NCBI RefSeq assembly: GCF_022539665.2 | Contig: NC_081332.1 | Span: 6,138,001-6,202,000 of the forward strand | Direction: 5' to 3' | Origin: Daphnia carinata | Taxonomy: Eukaryota | DNA length: 64,000 nt | Shown: positions 23,456 through 35,860 of the stretch, one piece after another | Position numbering within the stretch: position 1 is the stretch's first letter | How the letters are laid out: every line of letters begins with the position of its first letter | Position numbers and translations under genes: made by a program | Notes under the pieces: generated by a model | Told to the model about the DNA's origin: nothing | What the model saw: the letters and a program-made list of their open reading frames with translations, nothing else | The model's database searches: none

Positions 23456-26126
23456 ACTTCAGGCGATTTGAAGAGTCGTTTATCGCGATGAAGGTTGCCG
23501 TCTATTCCATCGCCATCGGTCAACTGGTGGATAGGGAAGCAGCCGGCAAGGTTGCAGCCGCAGAGCAGAGAGCACAAAACGTGAAGCCAAGCGAAACTAT
23601 TCATTTTCTTTCTTATTTATGTTTGTTTCACAAAGATAAAAGAATGACAAGAATTGCTGCCTCGACGTATGCAGCAGCGACCCTAGTTTTCAAGGTTCCA
23701 GGACAATACTGAGACTTGCTGCTCATCTCCCGTCACTATTCATAACGTATTTTTTGGGGTCTTTTGGGTAGAAGACGTAATCGGATTGCCCACGTGACTT
23801 AATTTTAATGCTCCCACGCTGCAAAAAAAAAAAACGAACACGGGCTTCTGCTTCTTTATGCATTTGGAGAGGACCCTCTTTTTTCTGTCGGGTTTCTTGC
23901 ATTCCGATAGTTAAATGAACTTTGAGGACTTCTTTCGGGCTGTTCAAGCATTTTAAACGGAAATCCAGGGCAACGCCTCTTTTAGCGAGCAGAAATCCAA
24001 TAAGTAATGTGTGCGTATGATTCATGGCATCTGCAACGTGCTACCCAAATGAGTTGCTTGATGCGTGAAAGCAAATGGCGACTAGTGTTTCACAAACACG
24101 TTGGGCTAGACATTCAGAAAAAACACGAGTTCACGTTTTCGAACACGCGTTTCACTTAATCATTTCGTTCGTCCCTCTCGTGTTTGAAAACGGATCATTT
24201 CACGTGGCTATCTTTTGCCATCGCCACGACGTCAAAATGTAAATTGAGCTGACCTATACAATGTCAGTATAATGAATATAAAATTGACGTAAGAAGACCT
24301 CGAAACTTTCTACACAACTCGAAACCAAAAGAGAAAAGCCAATTCACCATTTATTTAAAAAAAGAAAGAAAAAAATGGAAAGGGTAATGTATAAGTAAGA
24401 AAAAAAAAAATAAATAATTTGACCCTTCCAGTGATCACGTAGGCCACTTGCTTGGGTAGTGTCCAAAAAATGATACCGTTGCACTTCGGAGATTAAACAT
24501 TTTATGCACGTATCCCTTTTGGAGAAACTTCCACATCGCATGGCAACAAGTCTCGCCAACAAAGCATTCAGTTACCACACGGTGAAAGGTTCAGCAACTA
24601 ATTGCAAACGGACAAGTCCTTTATTGGGTGTTTTCCCTCGTTTTTCTGATTCAACCTCTTCATTATCGTTAAACAGCGCCGTCCTACCTTTCTTATAGTC
24701 AAGCGAAAGTGTTGATCAGGAGGTTTCAGATGTTTAAGTCCGCCAACGGGTTTACCAATTTTGCTATTCGAGTCTATTTGATGGTAGTTCTCCGGGTATC
24801 TAGAAGGATGTTGAACGAAGATTGTGCATGCTCTTGTTTGATAGTTCGAAAAATTAGTTGTCACTTTGAAGAATTGTGCGTAAAATTCCGACACCGACGT
24901 AACCCATTTTCCGTGGCGCATTGCCCAATTTTGTTGGCTTACTTCGTACTTTCTGCTGCCCTATAATACCGGTTATACCGGTAGCCAGTTCGATGAACTC
25001 CGTCGTTTTCATGTCTACAGAATGGGGCGTTTTTATATCGATTTAGGAACTGTATTTTTTCACAAGCGCTGGAATTTTAGGTCGAAGAATACATTAGCAA
25101 CGGAAACCGTAAGCATGCAGAGAAACAAATACTAGATACATTTTTTTTTAGAACGATGATTTAAAATACAGCTTTCAGGCGATAGGTATATCGTTCATTA
25201 GCGATTAAACACCTCTAAAAAACTTACATAATTCAATTAAACGTGAGACGCTATCTTAAAACCGAGCAAAACATTGTTAATATACAGATTCATGTCATCA
25301 AATAATGATTAACTAACACAATCTAAATAATGCATGGGCATTACTCTGATAATAAAATTGCGTGTCTGGCTAGAGTAAAATGCATAATATGTGTACCAAA
25401 GTAAGACTTTACACAATCAAAATAACGGAACGTTCGTATTAGAAAACCCGAACATGGCAACATTCTGGGCGTATCCCCTACTTTTCTTTTTTTATCGAAT
25501 TATTCTTGTTAGACTTGTACTACGTGGACGATGTATGAATAGGCAACGCAAAGTCATTGTCCTGAACATGGATGACCGTGACATAAACTACATCAAGGTG
25601 ACAATGTCATTGAAATTTCGTCGAATTTCTTCCTTGCAGAAGCCAAAGAACAAGAATCTTTTGTACCTCTTCACGACAAGCAAACAGGATAGACCAGTTG
25701 ATTTCTCCTTCCCCGTTAGCCCTTTTTAACCTCTTTAACTTTCTAATTTGACCGATCCTTTCTATGTACGTGACCCGATTCAGCCAGACCGACTAACTAC
25801 ACATATGGAAATGTGTAGCAAGAGAATGGTGAAAGAAATACTGGATATTTCGGCATGGTCATCTGTGTTGCTTGTCTAAATGAAACTCTATTCAATCACC
25901 TCCCCTATCCCCTCTAAATAAAACAGGAAATAATGCAGTGATGCTTTCAATACATTGTATCGGGCCCGTAACACTATTTAAAAGAACAAGCATTTCTTCT
26001 AGAGGTAAAGATTCATAGCCTTTACGTAAGGAAAAAAAACAAGTGAAAAAGGACTGAATCTCAAGTAATAATGAAATCATAGACAACCAAAATGTCCTCC
26101 ATCATGCAGAAACAATAACACTAAAC

Positions 26127-28164
26127 TTAAAAACCAGTTTGAGCATGTAGCGTAATGCCATAACGAGGAATTTGTGACAACGACGGCCACATATCGTTTA
26201 AATCGCGATCCACTCGCGCTAATGAATGACGATCCACTGGGGCAACAGGAGGATTAACGACTGTCGTTGGAGCAACGGCTAGGAAAGCAAAAACACGAAC
26301 ATATTAGCATTGTACTACTAATTGCAAAGGACGCATAAAGACTGGTACCTTTCTTTTGCTGAGCACGTCTTTCGAAGGCGCGTTTCCTCAGTCCCATCAT
26401 AATGTTGTACGTCACATTTGCCATGGTAGAGGGGGAAATCTGGTTCAACCGCCGATAGTAAATCCACTGAAACAAAGCGGTAAGAAACATGCCTTAAGAA
26501 CTGTTGCCCAACATTGGTGGTACACCAATTTGGATTGATTGATGTGTCAGTTACGGAACAACTCCCGCCTATTTAGATATCAAGAGGAAAAGAAACGACT
26601 CCATGTTCAACCGCACCTGTAATTTATGAAACCAATAACCAGCCGAAGAGACTTCTAGTCCCCACGAATTCATGTTCCCGCGGGCGAAATCCGCGGGACT
26701 TGGAGCCATTATACTAGAGTTTTTGATGCCACTCATCTTGGTGGCCACAAAACAAGGTAGAACGCACTGAACCCGGATACCAAACGGTTTGTACTCAAGA
26801 GCCAAATCTTCGCTGAATTTGTAGACAAATGCCTTGATGGATTACAGACAAAAACATTATTTCTACATTTAATCATACATCTAATTTTTTTTTATAAACC
26901 TTTGTGCTGGAGTAAAGGGACATGAGTGGAGTCGGCACAACGGCCGAACATGAGGCCACGTTCAAGATGAGTCCTTTCTTGCGCTCCGCCATTTGGCCGA
27001 GGACCAAGATGGACATGCGAGTCACCGAAACAACGTTGCAGTTGACGACACGTTGGGCAAAACCCGATGCATCTGGTATCTACAGTTTAATGACAACGCG
27101 TTAAAATTATGTGCACCGTCTGTTTGATGGCATTCGTCGGAACATTTAAAGCGCCCAAAGAATGAATAAACACTTGAATAATGACTAGTTTTTTTCTGTT
27201 TTGAAAAGAGAAATTGAGATGGGATGGAATTCACTGCTTCTCAAAGAAGAGAGTGGTTTTGACATGCTTAACATGGACGTCAAGGGAACTTTCACTTTTC
27301 CGCGGCTGTGAGTATTAGCTTTCGAATAAGAATGGAAAAAAAGGAGGTCTTCCAAATCGTTGAAGGAGGTAAAACGCTGAACGGCTGATTTCATGAACAA
27401 CACATGCCTTTTAAACAAGAATAAAATTAAACAAAGGCGAGAGAATGTTTTTCGATACCTGATCAAGGTATTCCGGATATTTGTAGGACATGCCGACATT
27501 GTTTATGAGAATGCCAATTTCGAGTCCGCTAATTTCCTTAGCGATGCGTTCATAAATCTCGGCTCCTTGTGTAAAATCGACGTCGATAATGCGGGTTTCG
27601 ACGTGATACCGGCATTCTTCAATAACAATATTTTGTTATTATTAGTATAACTATTGTTATTTTAGATGACTTGTTGGAAAAGAGCCTATTATAAGGAAAC
27701 ATAAATGTAGCCTCACCAATGGCAGTGGCGACAGCTTGCAATTTGTCTCGCGATCGGCTAATCAGCACGATATTAATTCCATTAGAGGCCAACTAAACAT
27801 TCGTAACACGTAATGGTATACGTTAATGATGGGCATGATAAAAACATGGTCATTATGAAAAATTATACCTCTTCGGCGTAAGCTCGGCCTATTCCATCAG
27901 TAGCACCAGTGATCACTGTTACAAAATGCATTAAAATAATTCAATTCAAACGAATGATTAATAAAAAAAAAAAAGTCCAACAAATTCAAAAGAAAAAAAC
28001 TTGCCGGCCCATTTTCCTAGCTTTCTCGGCTTGATATTGTGACCCAGTAAATGACCCAGATAGCAGGTGTAGAGGATTATCCAGAGTTCCTTCACAATCA
28101 ATCCCCAAAAAACAAGAAGGGACAGTATACCAACCACCTCCAGAACTGTGTACCTCCACATCAT
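26127..28164 (-). CDS. HSD17B12-like very-long-chain 3-oxoacyl-CoA reductase (SDR), paralog A
   Basis: N-terminal TM, KWAVITGATDGIGRAYAEE, ILINNVGM, YSSTK catalytic motif, VQCVLPCFVATKMS. Terminal exon (~26127-26279) is inferred from splice sites. Confidence 0.92.
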
Positions 28165-29937
28165 AAGGGCAAAGCGTCTACTTGTTCAGAAAAACTAGGG
28201 CAGACAAGCAAACTGGTTTTTTTTTCTCCCTCTCTTTTACAAACTTGTTTCTACACCTAGCTCCGAAACAATTAAAACGATTTCACTACCTAATAGCCTC
28301 CTACGCCTGATATCTATATATTTTTTTTCGGCAAGTCCTCCGGCTCTCTTTGCTGAAGAATGACCAGAGAACGACTGATACCTTCCGATGAGACCAGCAA
28401 GAAGGTATATGCATAGAAAGGAGGATCTAATCAGGACCAGGTCAAAGAGTGTCTGCCAAGATGGGATAGGCTTTTAAACCACGTAGACCGACGATTGCCC
28501 CGAAGCAATCGTATCGTAGCTACCACGAAAAAAACGGCACAAGATTAATCTACGAATCTTGCCATATTGGAATTCAACATTATAGGTAACATCTTTAGCC
28601 ATGAAAAATTAAAAAAGGAGATAACTAAATATGGCTCGTTTTCTGCAAGGTTAGCTCGGCATGATAGGTCCCGTAAAACTGAAGGTAATTCATAAAATGG
28701 ATAATATTCGTCGGATACGGATAAAATTGAAGATCTCGGTCACGTGATATTGGAGAACAAAATGAAGGGAAAAAAACACACAGTCTTTTACGTGAAAGAG
28801 GGAAACTTCGAAATTTATTTTTTTTTTTACAACGAAACATTTCAAGATTTGTATCGTCTCTCCCCTATCTTCCCTTGTTTCCGAATGTCGCTGGAGGCAC
28901 CAGACATACAAAGAAAAATCCACCAAAAATGCATACGAGAGGGGACTGAGGTGAAAGTATATGTTGGTCCACTTGAAAAAATCCGCAGCGCTCCGGCAAC
29001 GAGACCAAGCCCGCGTCTTTAGCATTCAGTGAACTGCACAAACATACGCAATCCCAAAGTTATCAGCAGGCAATTAGCTACGTGTCGTGTATACCAAGTT
29101 ATTCTGTTGGAAAGAAATGCCATTTTGTTCACCCTCCCTAAGTTCCAAAAATTTCACTTGTATCATTCCGGAGGACCTTCTTTGTTTTCCAGCTGTACTT
29201 GAACTTTCTTTCATTCACCTTATACGAAAACATCGTCGTTTCCCTACAGTGAAGACCGAGTAAAGTATTTAAGCATAATTTAGCATTTTTCAAACCAGAT
29301 CTATCAAGTGCTATGTATTTTTTTTAAAGTTCCATTTAGATGCCTGAGGCAAACTAACCCCTTTTCTAAGAAACGCTCCCGGGTTTTCTTTATTTTCATG
29401 GTGGATGCATCCGCATACTAAAACAGGACCTTTACGTGGAATGTAGTCAATCCACTTCGTACAACAATAGACTAGAAACTAGATTTTCTACAAAGCATGC
29501 TTTAATCATGAAGTGCATATGAAATTTTACGATTTGCATAAAATACGAAGCGAAACAGAAGAGAACGAGACACACACACACACACTCAAAATCCTCTCTG
29601 CTTCCTTTTATTGGCTTCCTTCTAGAAAAAACGTAAAATTGGCGTCATACACGTTTTTATTATGTGAATTGTCAAACATGTCGTGACGACAGGTCCCGCT
29701 ACGATTGAGTATGCGTCAATTACAAACGATCTAATCAGCAGTAACTGGACGCGGACATGAAGGAAAAAAAGGGTAGATTAACACAAAAGGAAGACAGCTA
29801 TCTGAAAATGTCAACGAAATGCAGAACAATGGCGATATCAACATTGAAAATATTTTCGATTTTTTTGCTAGACTTTTTGATTCGTTAGTAGAGCAACATT
29901 AGGCTTTTTTTTCTATATGAAATCCCATTGGATCACT

Positions 29938-31733
29938 TTATTTGTCCTTGGCGTTTTCGACCCCGTTTTGTTGTTGTTGCTCCTTCTGCAATTGGATTCG
30001 TTTTAGGGCACGTTGACGAGTGCCGTTTAAATTGTTGAACGTCACATTAACCACGGTGGATGGCGAAATCATATTCAGCTTTGTGTAGTAGCCCAACTGT
30101 ATGCATACAAAACAAAAAGCATCTTAATTATCATTTTTTTCTTGTGAACTAAACAGCTGTATAGACCAAGGGGAGGAATGAACCATAGACCGGTAATTAA
30201 CGAAACTACACCAGGGGAAAGAAAGAAGTGGGTCACAACCACCTAGTACCAGAAATTTAAACAAGAAAATAAAAAATAATAGTTACCAGAATTTTGTGGA
30301 CCCAAAAACCAGCTGAAGCGAATTCCAGACCCAAGGATCTCATGTGGCCACGAACGAAATCTCTAGGTAGAGGAATTCTGAAAGCCGGTTTCTTGTACCG
30401 ACTCATTTTAGATACCACGAAACCAGGTAACACGCATTGGATCGTGATGCCAAGCGGGGCATACTCCAATGCCAAATCTTCACTAAACTTGTACACGTAC
30501 GCCTAAAGTCATAAGATTTGAAAATTACGTTTCTCGTTTTCTTGTGTACAACGATGTTTACCTTCGTGCTAGAATACATGGTCATGAGAGGAGTAGGGAG
30601 AACAGCTGATGCTGAGGAAACATTTAAAATCAATCCCTTCTTGCGTTCCACCATTTGTCCCAGCACTAGAATGCACATTTGCGTAACAGAAACAACGTTG
30701 CAGTTGATGAGGGATAAGGAAAATTCAGCTGCATTGGGAACCTAAAAGTACGCACGTTGTAAAAATAATTGATAAAATAAAATGCAATCTCGGCTGAGTA
30801 GTGAGAAAGTGATTCAAACAATTTCAGCACAGGTAAACCGCAAAGGGCAATATTCTCTCGTCCTATTTTTCGTGTTTTGTAACAGATGCATTAAATAAAA
30901 AAAGGAAAATGATCTAAGCTGCCATCTGGTGAAGGTTAAGGAAGCCCACCACATTCCCCGTTCAAAACATTTTCCGCTTTCACTTTTCCCCAAGGGGTAT
31001 ACATTTCCACTTTTAACACATTCTTGCTATCTATGGTTCACGTATTTATGTCTAATAACCATTAATCAAAATAAAATCACCTCAGCTAGGTATTCTGGAT
31101 AAGCGTATGACATGCCGACATTGTTGACAAGAACGCCGATTTCAAGGCCTTCGATTTCTTTTTTGATACGATCATATATCTCAATTCCATTGGTGAAATC
31201 CACGTCGATGATTTTCGTTTTCACCTTGTATTCGGACTCTGTCGAAAAATTTTGAATTCGAAAAGAAACCTATGTGTTTATGTATCAACAAATAATACCG
31301 ATTTCAGCTGCTACATTCTGTAGTTTATAAGGTGAGCGACTAATCAAGACAATATTCATACCACGTGAAGCCAACTAGATTTCGTATAAAGAAGAAAAAA
31401 TAGATCAGCGTTTTCACAAAATATTGTCTATAATCGCTCTGGACGATACCTCTTCTGCGTACGCTCGGCCAATTCCATCGGTGGCGCCGGTCACAACTTG
31501 AGAAAGGACAGGAAGTGAGGGAAATTCATATTGTCACTAGGCAAATCAAAATATTGAAAAAAGAAAGTCCTTGACCTACCGGCCCATTGTCCGATGTTTT
31601 TCAGCGAAAGCGAATGGCCTAAAGCATGACCTATAAAGGTGGAGTAAAGAAACTTCCATACACCCCTTAACACAAACCACGAGACTGTGCCAATCGACGC
31701 CAGCCCGATGAGTTCCAACAGAGTATACTTCAT
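29938..31733 (-). CDS. HSD17B12-like very-long-chain 3-oxoacyl-CoA reductase (SDR), paralog B
   Basis: QWAVVTGATDGIGRAYAEE, VLVNNVGM, YSSTK, IQCVLPGFVVSKMS; same intron positions as paralog A; ends ...ENAKDK*. Confidence 0.93.
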
Positions 31734-32507
31734 GTTCGTATAGATGAATGGACTATTCTTTAAAATTCGTATTCCAAACAGATAATGAATTCACTGTCAC
31801 AAGACACCAAGAGGCATTGGAGAAATAGCACCACTCGAATGAAAATGCAACACGTGCGACTCCGTCGTCTTCCCGGGATGGTGGTCTATGCACTCTATCC
31901 CCCTTCCACTGCGTCTCACGGCTCGGCTCAAACTGACGCTACTAGTAGCTCCACTCCTCGGGGTATATACACAGATATGCCATCACATGCAGTGTAAGCA
32001 AGACCGGTTTTACATTTCGTAAGCTTTTGTAGTTGCTTGCATCTTTTTATTTTCTTTCTTAATGCCTTTGGGCTTTTCTTCGGCTCTCGGCAAATAGAAG
32101 GCGTTTCTTGTTTTAAGGCGGTTGTAGGTCAACGATTTTACATGGAACTTCCCTAAAGTAACTTAACCGGATTCATATGACAGTGAGACCCTGCACTGGT
32201 CCTTACGAGGAAAATCAACGAGGTCTATTAAACAAAAGTCATCAGTTCCAGAAGCACCAAAGATAGATACATTCGCGTACCCTTAGGATATGAATGTTAC
32301 GTAATGGGCGACCTCCAAAGAATACAACATTCAATTTCAGCGACACACTGTGGGTGACAATCGAGCCTGCTCACATTAAACGGAAACAATATATATATAG
32401 AACAAAAGTCAACTCCAAGAAAGAAAAATATAATAAATAAATAAATAAATCTTTTAAATTGTAGCGTTTACTTCTACTTTTCCAAACTATAGCATTGATG
32501 AATTAAG

Positions 32508-35500
32508 ATGGCTACCTCCAGGCTGTCGTCAGTCCGTCTGTTTTGTGATAAACATTCAGCCTTGACTGAGAAATTCCAGTACATTCTTTCTCTTTTTCCA
32601 CAAAATCTTGTGTTTGCTTTTGCCTACGGATCGGGTGCTTTCCAACAACATGGACATAAATCTACCGAGGTAAGAATGAACGCGCAAAGTAGGCCATTGA
32701 TAAAACTTGCTTGTGTTCATGAAGCATGTTGGGTGGTTTACTTTCCCATCTACATATAAAAATGATAGGTGTTTGCATAAGAAGGACCCCACAAAAGTCT
32801 GGAGAAAGGATCAAAATAGGTCGCGATGTCACTTAACATAAAAAACATTTTCAATTTAGAAGTCTTAGAACACAGGTTTCTTCATTTGTACAGCAATTCA
32901 CAAGAGTTTTCTCCCAGCTGGCTAGCTTTTGAGTTGTTGTGTTTTGAATTGTTCATTCAACTGTAGCCTGACAAGTTCTTACATGTAGATGACATTAGGA
33001 ATGTATACTTCTCAATTCGGATGAATCAATATGACTGAACTCCCACCCAAAAATCTTACGTATGATGTAATCCTTGCATATGAACACGATTTATCAGTAC
33101 CTTTGCTGCCATAGTGGTCCTATAGGCTAGTGTCTATTGACCAACCGAGCACTTACCGTACGAAGCGCTAAATGCTACCTAAATTGTGTACTATATTTTC
33201 TAGTACCAATGAAAGTCCACGACCGAACGTGATGCTGAGAAGATCCACTGATAGCAGTAGACTCAATCGTCCGTTCAAGTCACCCTTTACGGGGATGAAG
33301 GGCTCACCCCGTAATAGCGAAGGGTCTTCTCCAAGCACACCAAAAACACCTTGTTTAAGCAACGAAGACAAACGAGTGAGAAGCCCTGTACAGAGCCCAC
33401 TGAGCAGCCGTTCAGGAAGGAACTCTAATGGCACTCCTTACCACTCTGTTCGAGCTAAACGAGCTAGATTGTCGACCGTATCAGTGGATGATTTGCGCGA
33501 AAGGGAAGCCCAGCTTGATCGTGAAATTGCCGAACTTCAAACGGAAAGCCTCTCCGTTGAAGAGCTCGATCGCCAAATGGATCTTCTTCATCGCTATAAT
33601 GATATAAAAGATGTTGCCCAAATCGTCATGGGTCGATTGGCCGAAATTGAGAACGTCACTGTCAAAAGTCTTCATGAAAAGTACGGAGCACCACATTGCG
33701 ATTAATATATTAGAGCAATTCCGATTTTGTTTCTCATCTGCTGCTGCGATAAATTTTTTTTTACCTGTTTACTATAATTCCAATAATACAGAACTGTTAT
33801 GGATTAAGCCCTCCATTCCCAATTGTTCTTTTTTTTTAGGTAAAAATTGTGTTCATAGAATAGTTACCTAATTCTGAGTATAAGGAGAAAGCGTTCAACT
33901 GGTCGCACTCACTAACAAGTTGTTTTTATGTTCTCATTCAAGGAAAACGTAGTGGATCTCATTTTGGTGGTAGACGATGCCGAAGCCTTCCACCGATTGA
34001 ATTTGAAACACAATTGGAAACATTATTCTTCCATAAAATACCTGGGCCCGCACGCGTTGGCGTCTTTTCAAGAAAAATGGGGAGCTAGAGTTTACTTCAA
34101 CACGCTCGTCCCATACAAACACGGCGTCAGTATTTAATTATACATTTTTCATATTATTATTTAGATGTATTCCTCAATAACAGTCGATGTGTTGTCTTAC
34201 AGCTGCTCAAATATGGAGTGGTATCGTCTTCTGCCATAATTGCAGATCTCCTCGACTGGGAATGGATGTACGAAAACATATGCAATTATTCATAGTCGAA
34301 GTATCCAAGTCATCTGTTTCTATTTTAGGTATATCAGTGGACGTCTACATAAGCCTGTCATGCCTCTTGTTCTGCCGGATGCGAATCACCCAATACGCTC
34401 TGCCCTAAAGCATAACCTGCAAAACGCAATGCACACGGCGCTCCTCCTCCTTCCCGATTCTTTCCAAGAAGAACATCTTTATCATACCCTAGCCGGCCTT
34501 TCCTACTCAGGTTATATGCCTTTGATTTTTTTAAAGTTTACTTATTTATTGTCAACTTATGTTTAAGAGCTCCTCATATTATCTGACGAGGAAACCCTCT
34601 GTAAAAATATGGCGCTAAAAATGTGAACAAACCGGTACCTACGCAGTTTCTATTTGCGGTCGACTACCACGTCGCGCCTATGGAAAATGTGAAAGTAGTG
34701 GAGAAGAAAGTTGTTTGTCCTTGTAAATTAAAAAAAAAAGCGAGAGGTGCAGATGTCTTTATTCCAAGAGGAAATGTTGGCAATTATAAAGCAAGCTTTC
34801 AAAATAAGAATATGCAAACATTTCAGTCAATATTTCAATGTGGTCTTATTCATTTTCTTCCCAGGTGATTTTAGAATGAGCTTCGGTGAGGATCGCAATA
34901 AAGTCAAGAACATCGTCCGACCACAAATCGAAAGATTTCGCAATTTGTACGCTTCATTTTGGCCCGGACTTGCGGCCTATGCTGAGTTCAATAGCACGAC
35001 AGGCAGATGCGAACAGGACACAAGCCCTGCTGCAAGAATATTTCACCTCAACCTATTGCCGAAAAAGATTCAGGTAAAAGAAAACACCCAAAATTTCTAA
35101 GCATATGCATTCCGGGAAAGTAGTCCTCGTCACACACAAAAAAACTAGCTTCCCACATTTCTCAGAATGCGTGTGCCCTCAATGTGAGGCTACAACACTC
35201 AAACATTGTGTATCATGTGAAATTTTGATAACGACAATTATCCCATTGAGCGGCAGAAGAGCCATTGTGAGTAGCCCGTTAGTAGCTAAGCACCACAAAA
35301 CTATACCAAGGATAGAGAAACGAGGCTTTCGTTTTCGCCAGTCTATGGGTGAAACAATTTCCAACGGCCTTGACTGAAATACGATTTGAACGTATGGAAA
35401 AGCCTTTGGTTTTTAGTTCCTATGACGAAATGTTTTTTCATGCCTCACTTTGTTTATTTGTTTTCAGCAAACAATCGTGCACGAGTGGAACCGCAATGGT

Positions 35501-35814
35501 CGATGGCAAGATGTGGAAGATGTTTTCCGCGCTGCCGCCCACGACACCGAATGCCCGGAGCTCGTTAAAGAGGGTACGTTATTTCAATACGCAATACCAT
35601 TAAATATTTTCTTCCGGGAGCGACGAGGACACGTAGAAGCTGAGATAAATCTTATTATTTATTTGCAGCTGTACAGAAAACGGTGAAAGCTTCAAGTTGG
35701 ACGCAAAGTCTGAAAGGAATACCAACGGCTGGATTCATCAAATCCATCCGATATGGTTTTGCCAAAATTAACAAGATGTGGAAGAGTTTGCAGAGGACAC
35801 ATGGAGAATCGTAA
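32508..35814 (+). CDS. TAMM41: Mitochondrial phosphatidate cytidylyltransferase Tam41
   Basis: Exons encode FAFAYGSGAFQQ, VDLILVVDD, NWKHYS, ARVYFNTLV, LKYGV, DLLDW..YISGRLHKPV, ALLLLP, AGLSYSGDFRM..GEDRNKVKNIV and QSLKGIPTAG. Confidence 0.95.
33172..33705 (+). CDS. SWI5: DNA repair protein SWI5 homolog, nested in TAMM41 intron 1
   Basis: C-terminal Swi5 domain LDREIAELQTESLSVEELDRQMDLLHRYNDIKDVAQIVMGRLAEIENVTVKSL; N-terminal FKSP motif. The true start may be the ATG at ~33232. Confidence 0.9.
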   Translation: MLPKLCTIFSSTNESPRPNVMLRRSTDSSRLNRPFKSPFTGMKGSPRNSEGSSPSTPKTPCLSNEDKRVRSPVQSPLSSRSGRNSNGTPYHSVRAKRARLSTVSVDDLREREAQLDREIAELQTESLSVEELDRQMDLLHRYNDIKDVAQIVMGRLAEIENVTVKSLHEKYGAPHCD

Positions 35815-35860
35815 CGTTCCTTTAAATAGAAGAAATAATACACTTAGCCTTTGGACAAAG

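Noticed and set aside
23723..25729. Several 70-110 aa ORFs
   Set aside because: No domain motifs or consistent splice structure; probably non-coding
32508..33705. TAMM41-SWI5 fusion protein
   Set aside because: Exon 1 ends in phase 0 and joining it to the 33203 acceptor gives an immediate stop
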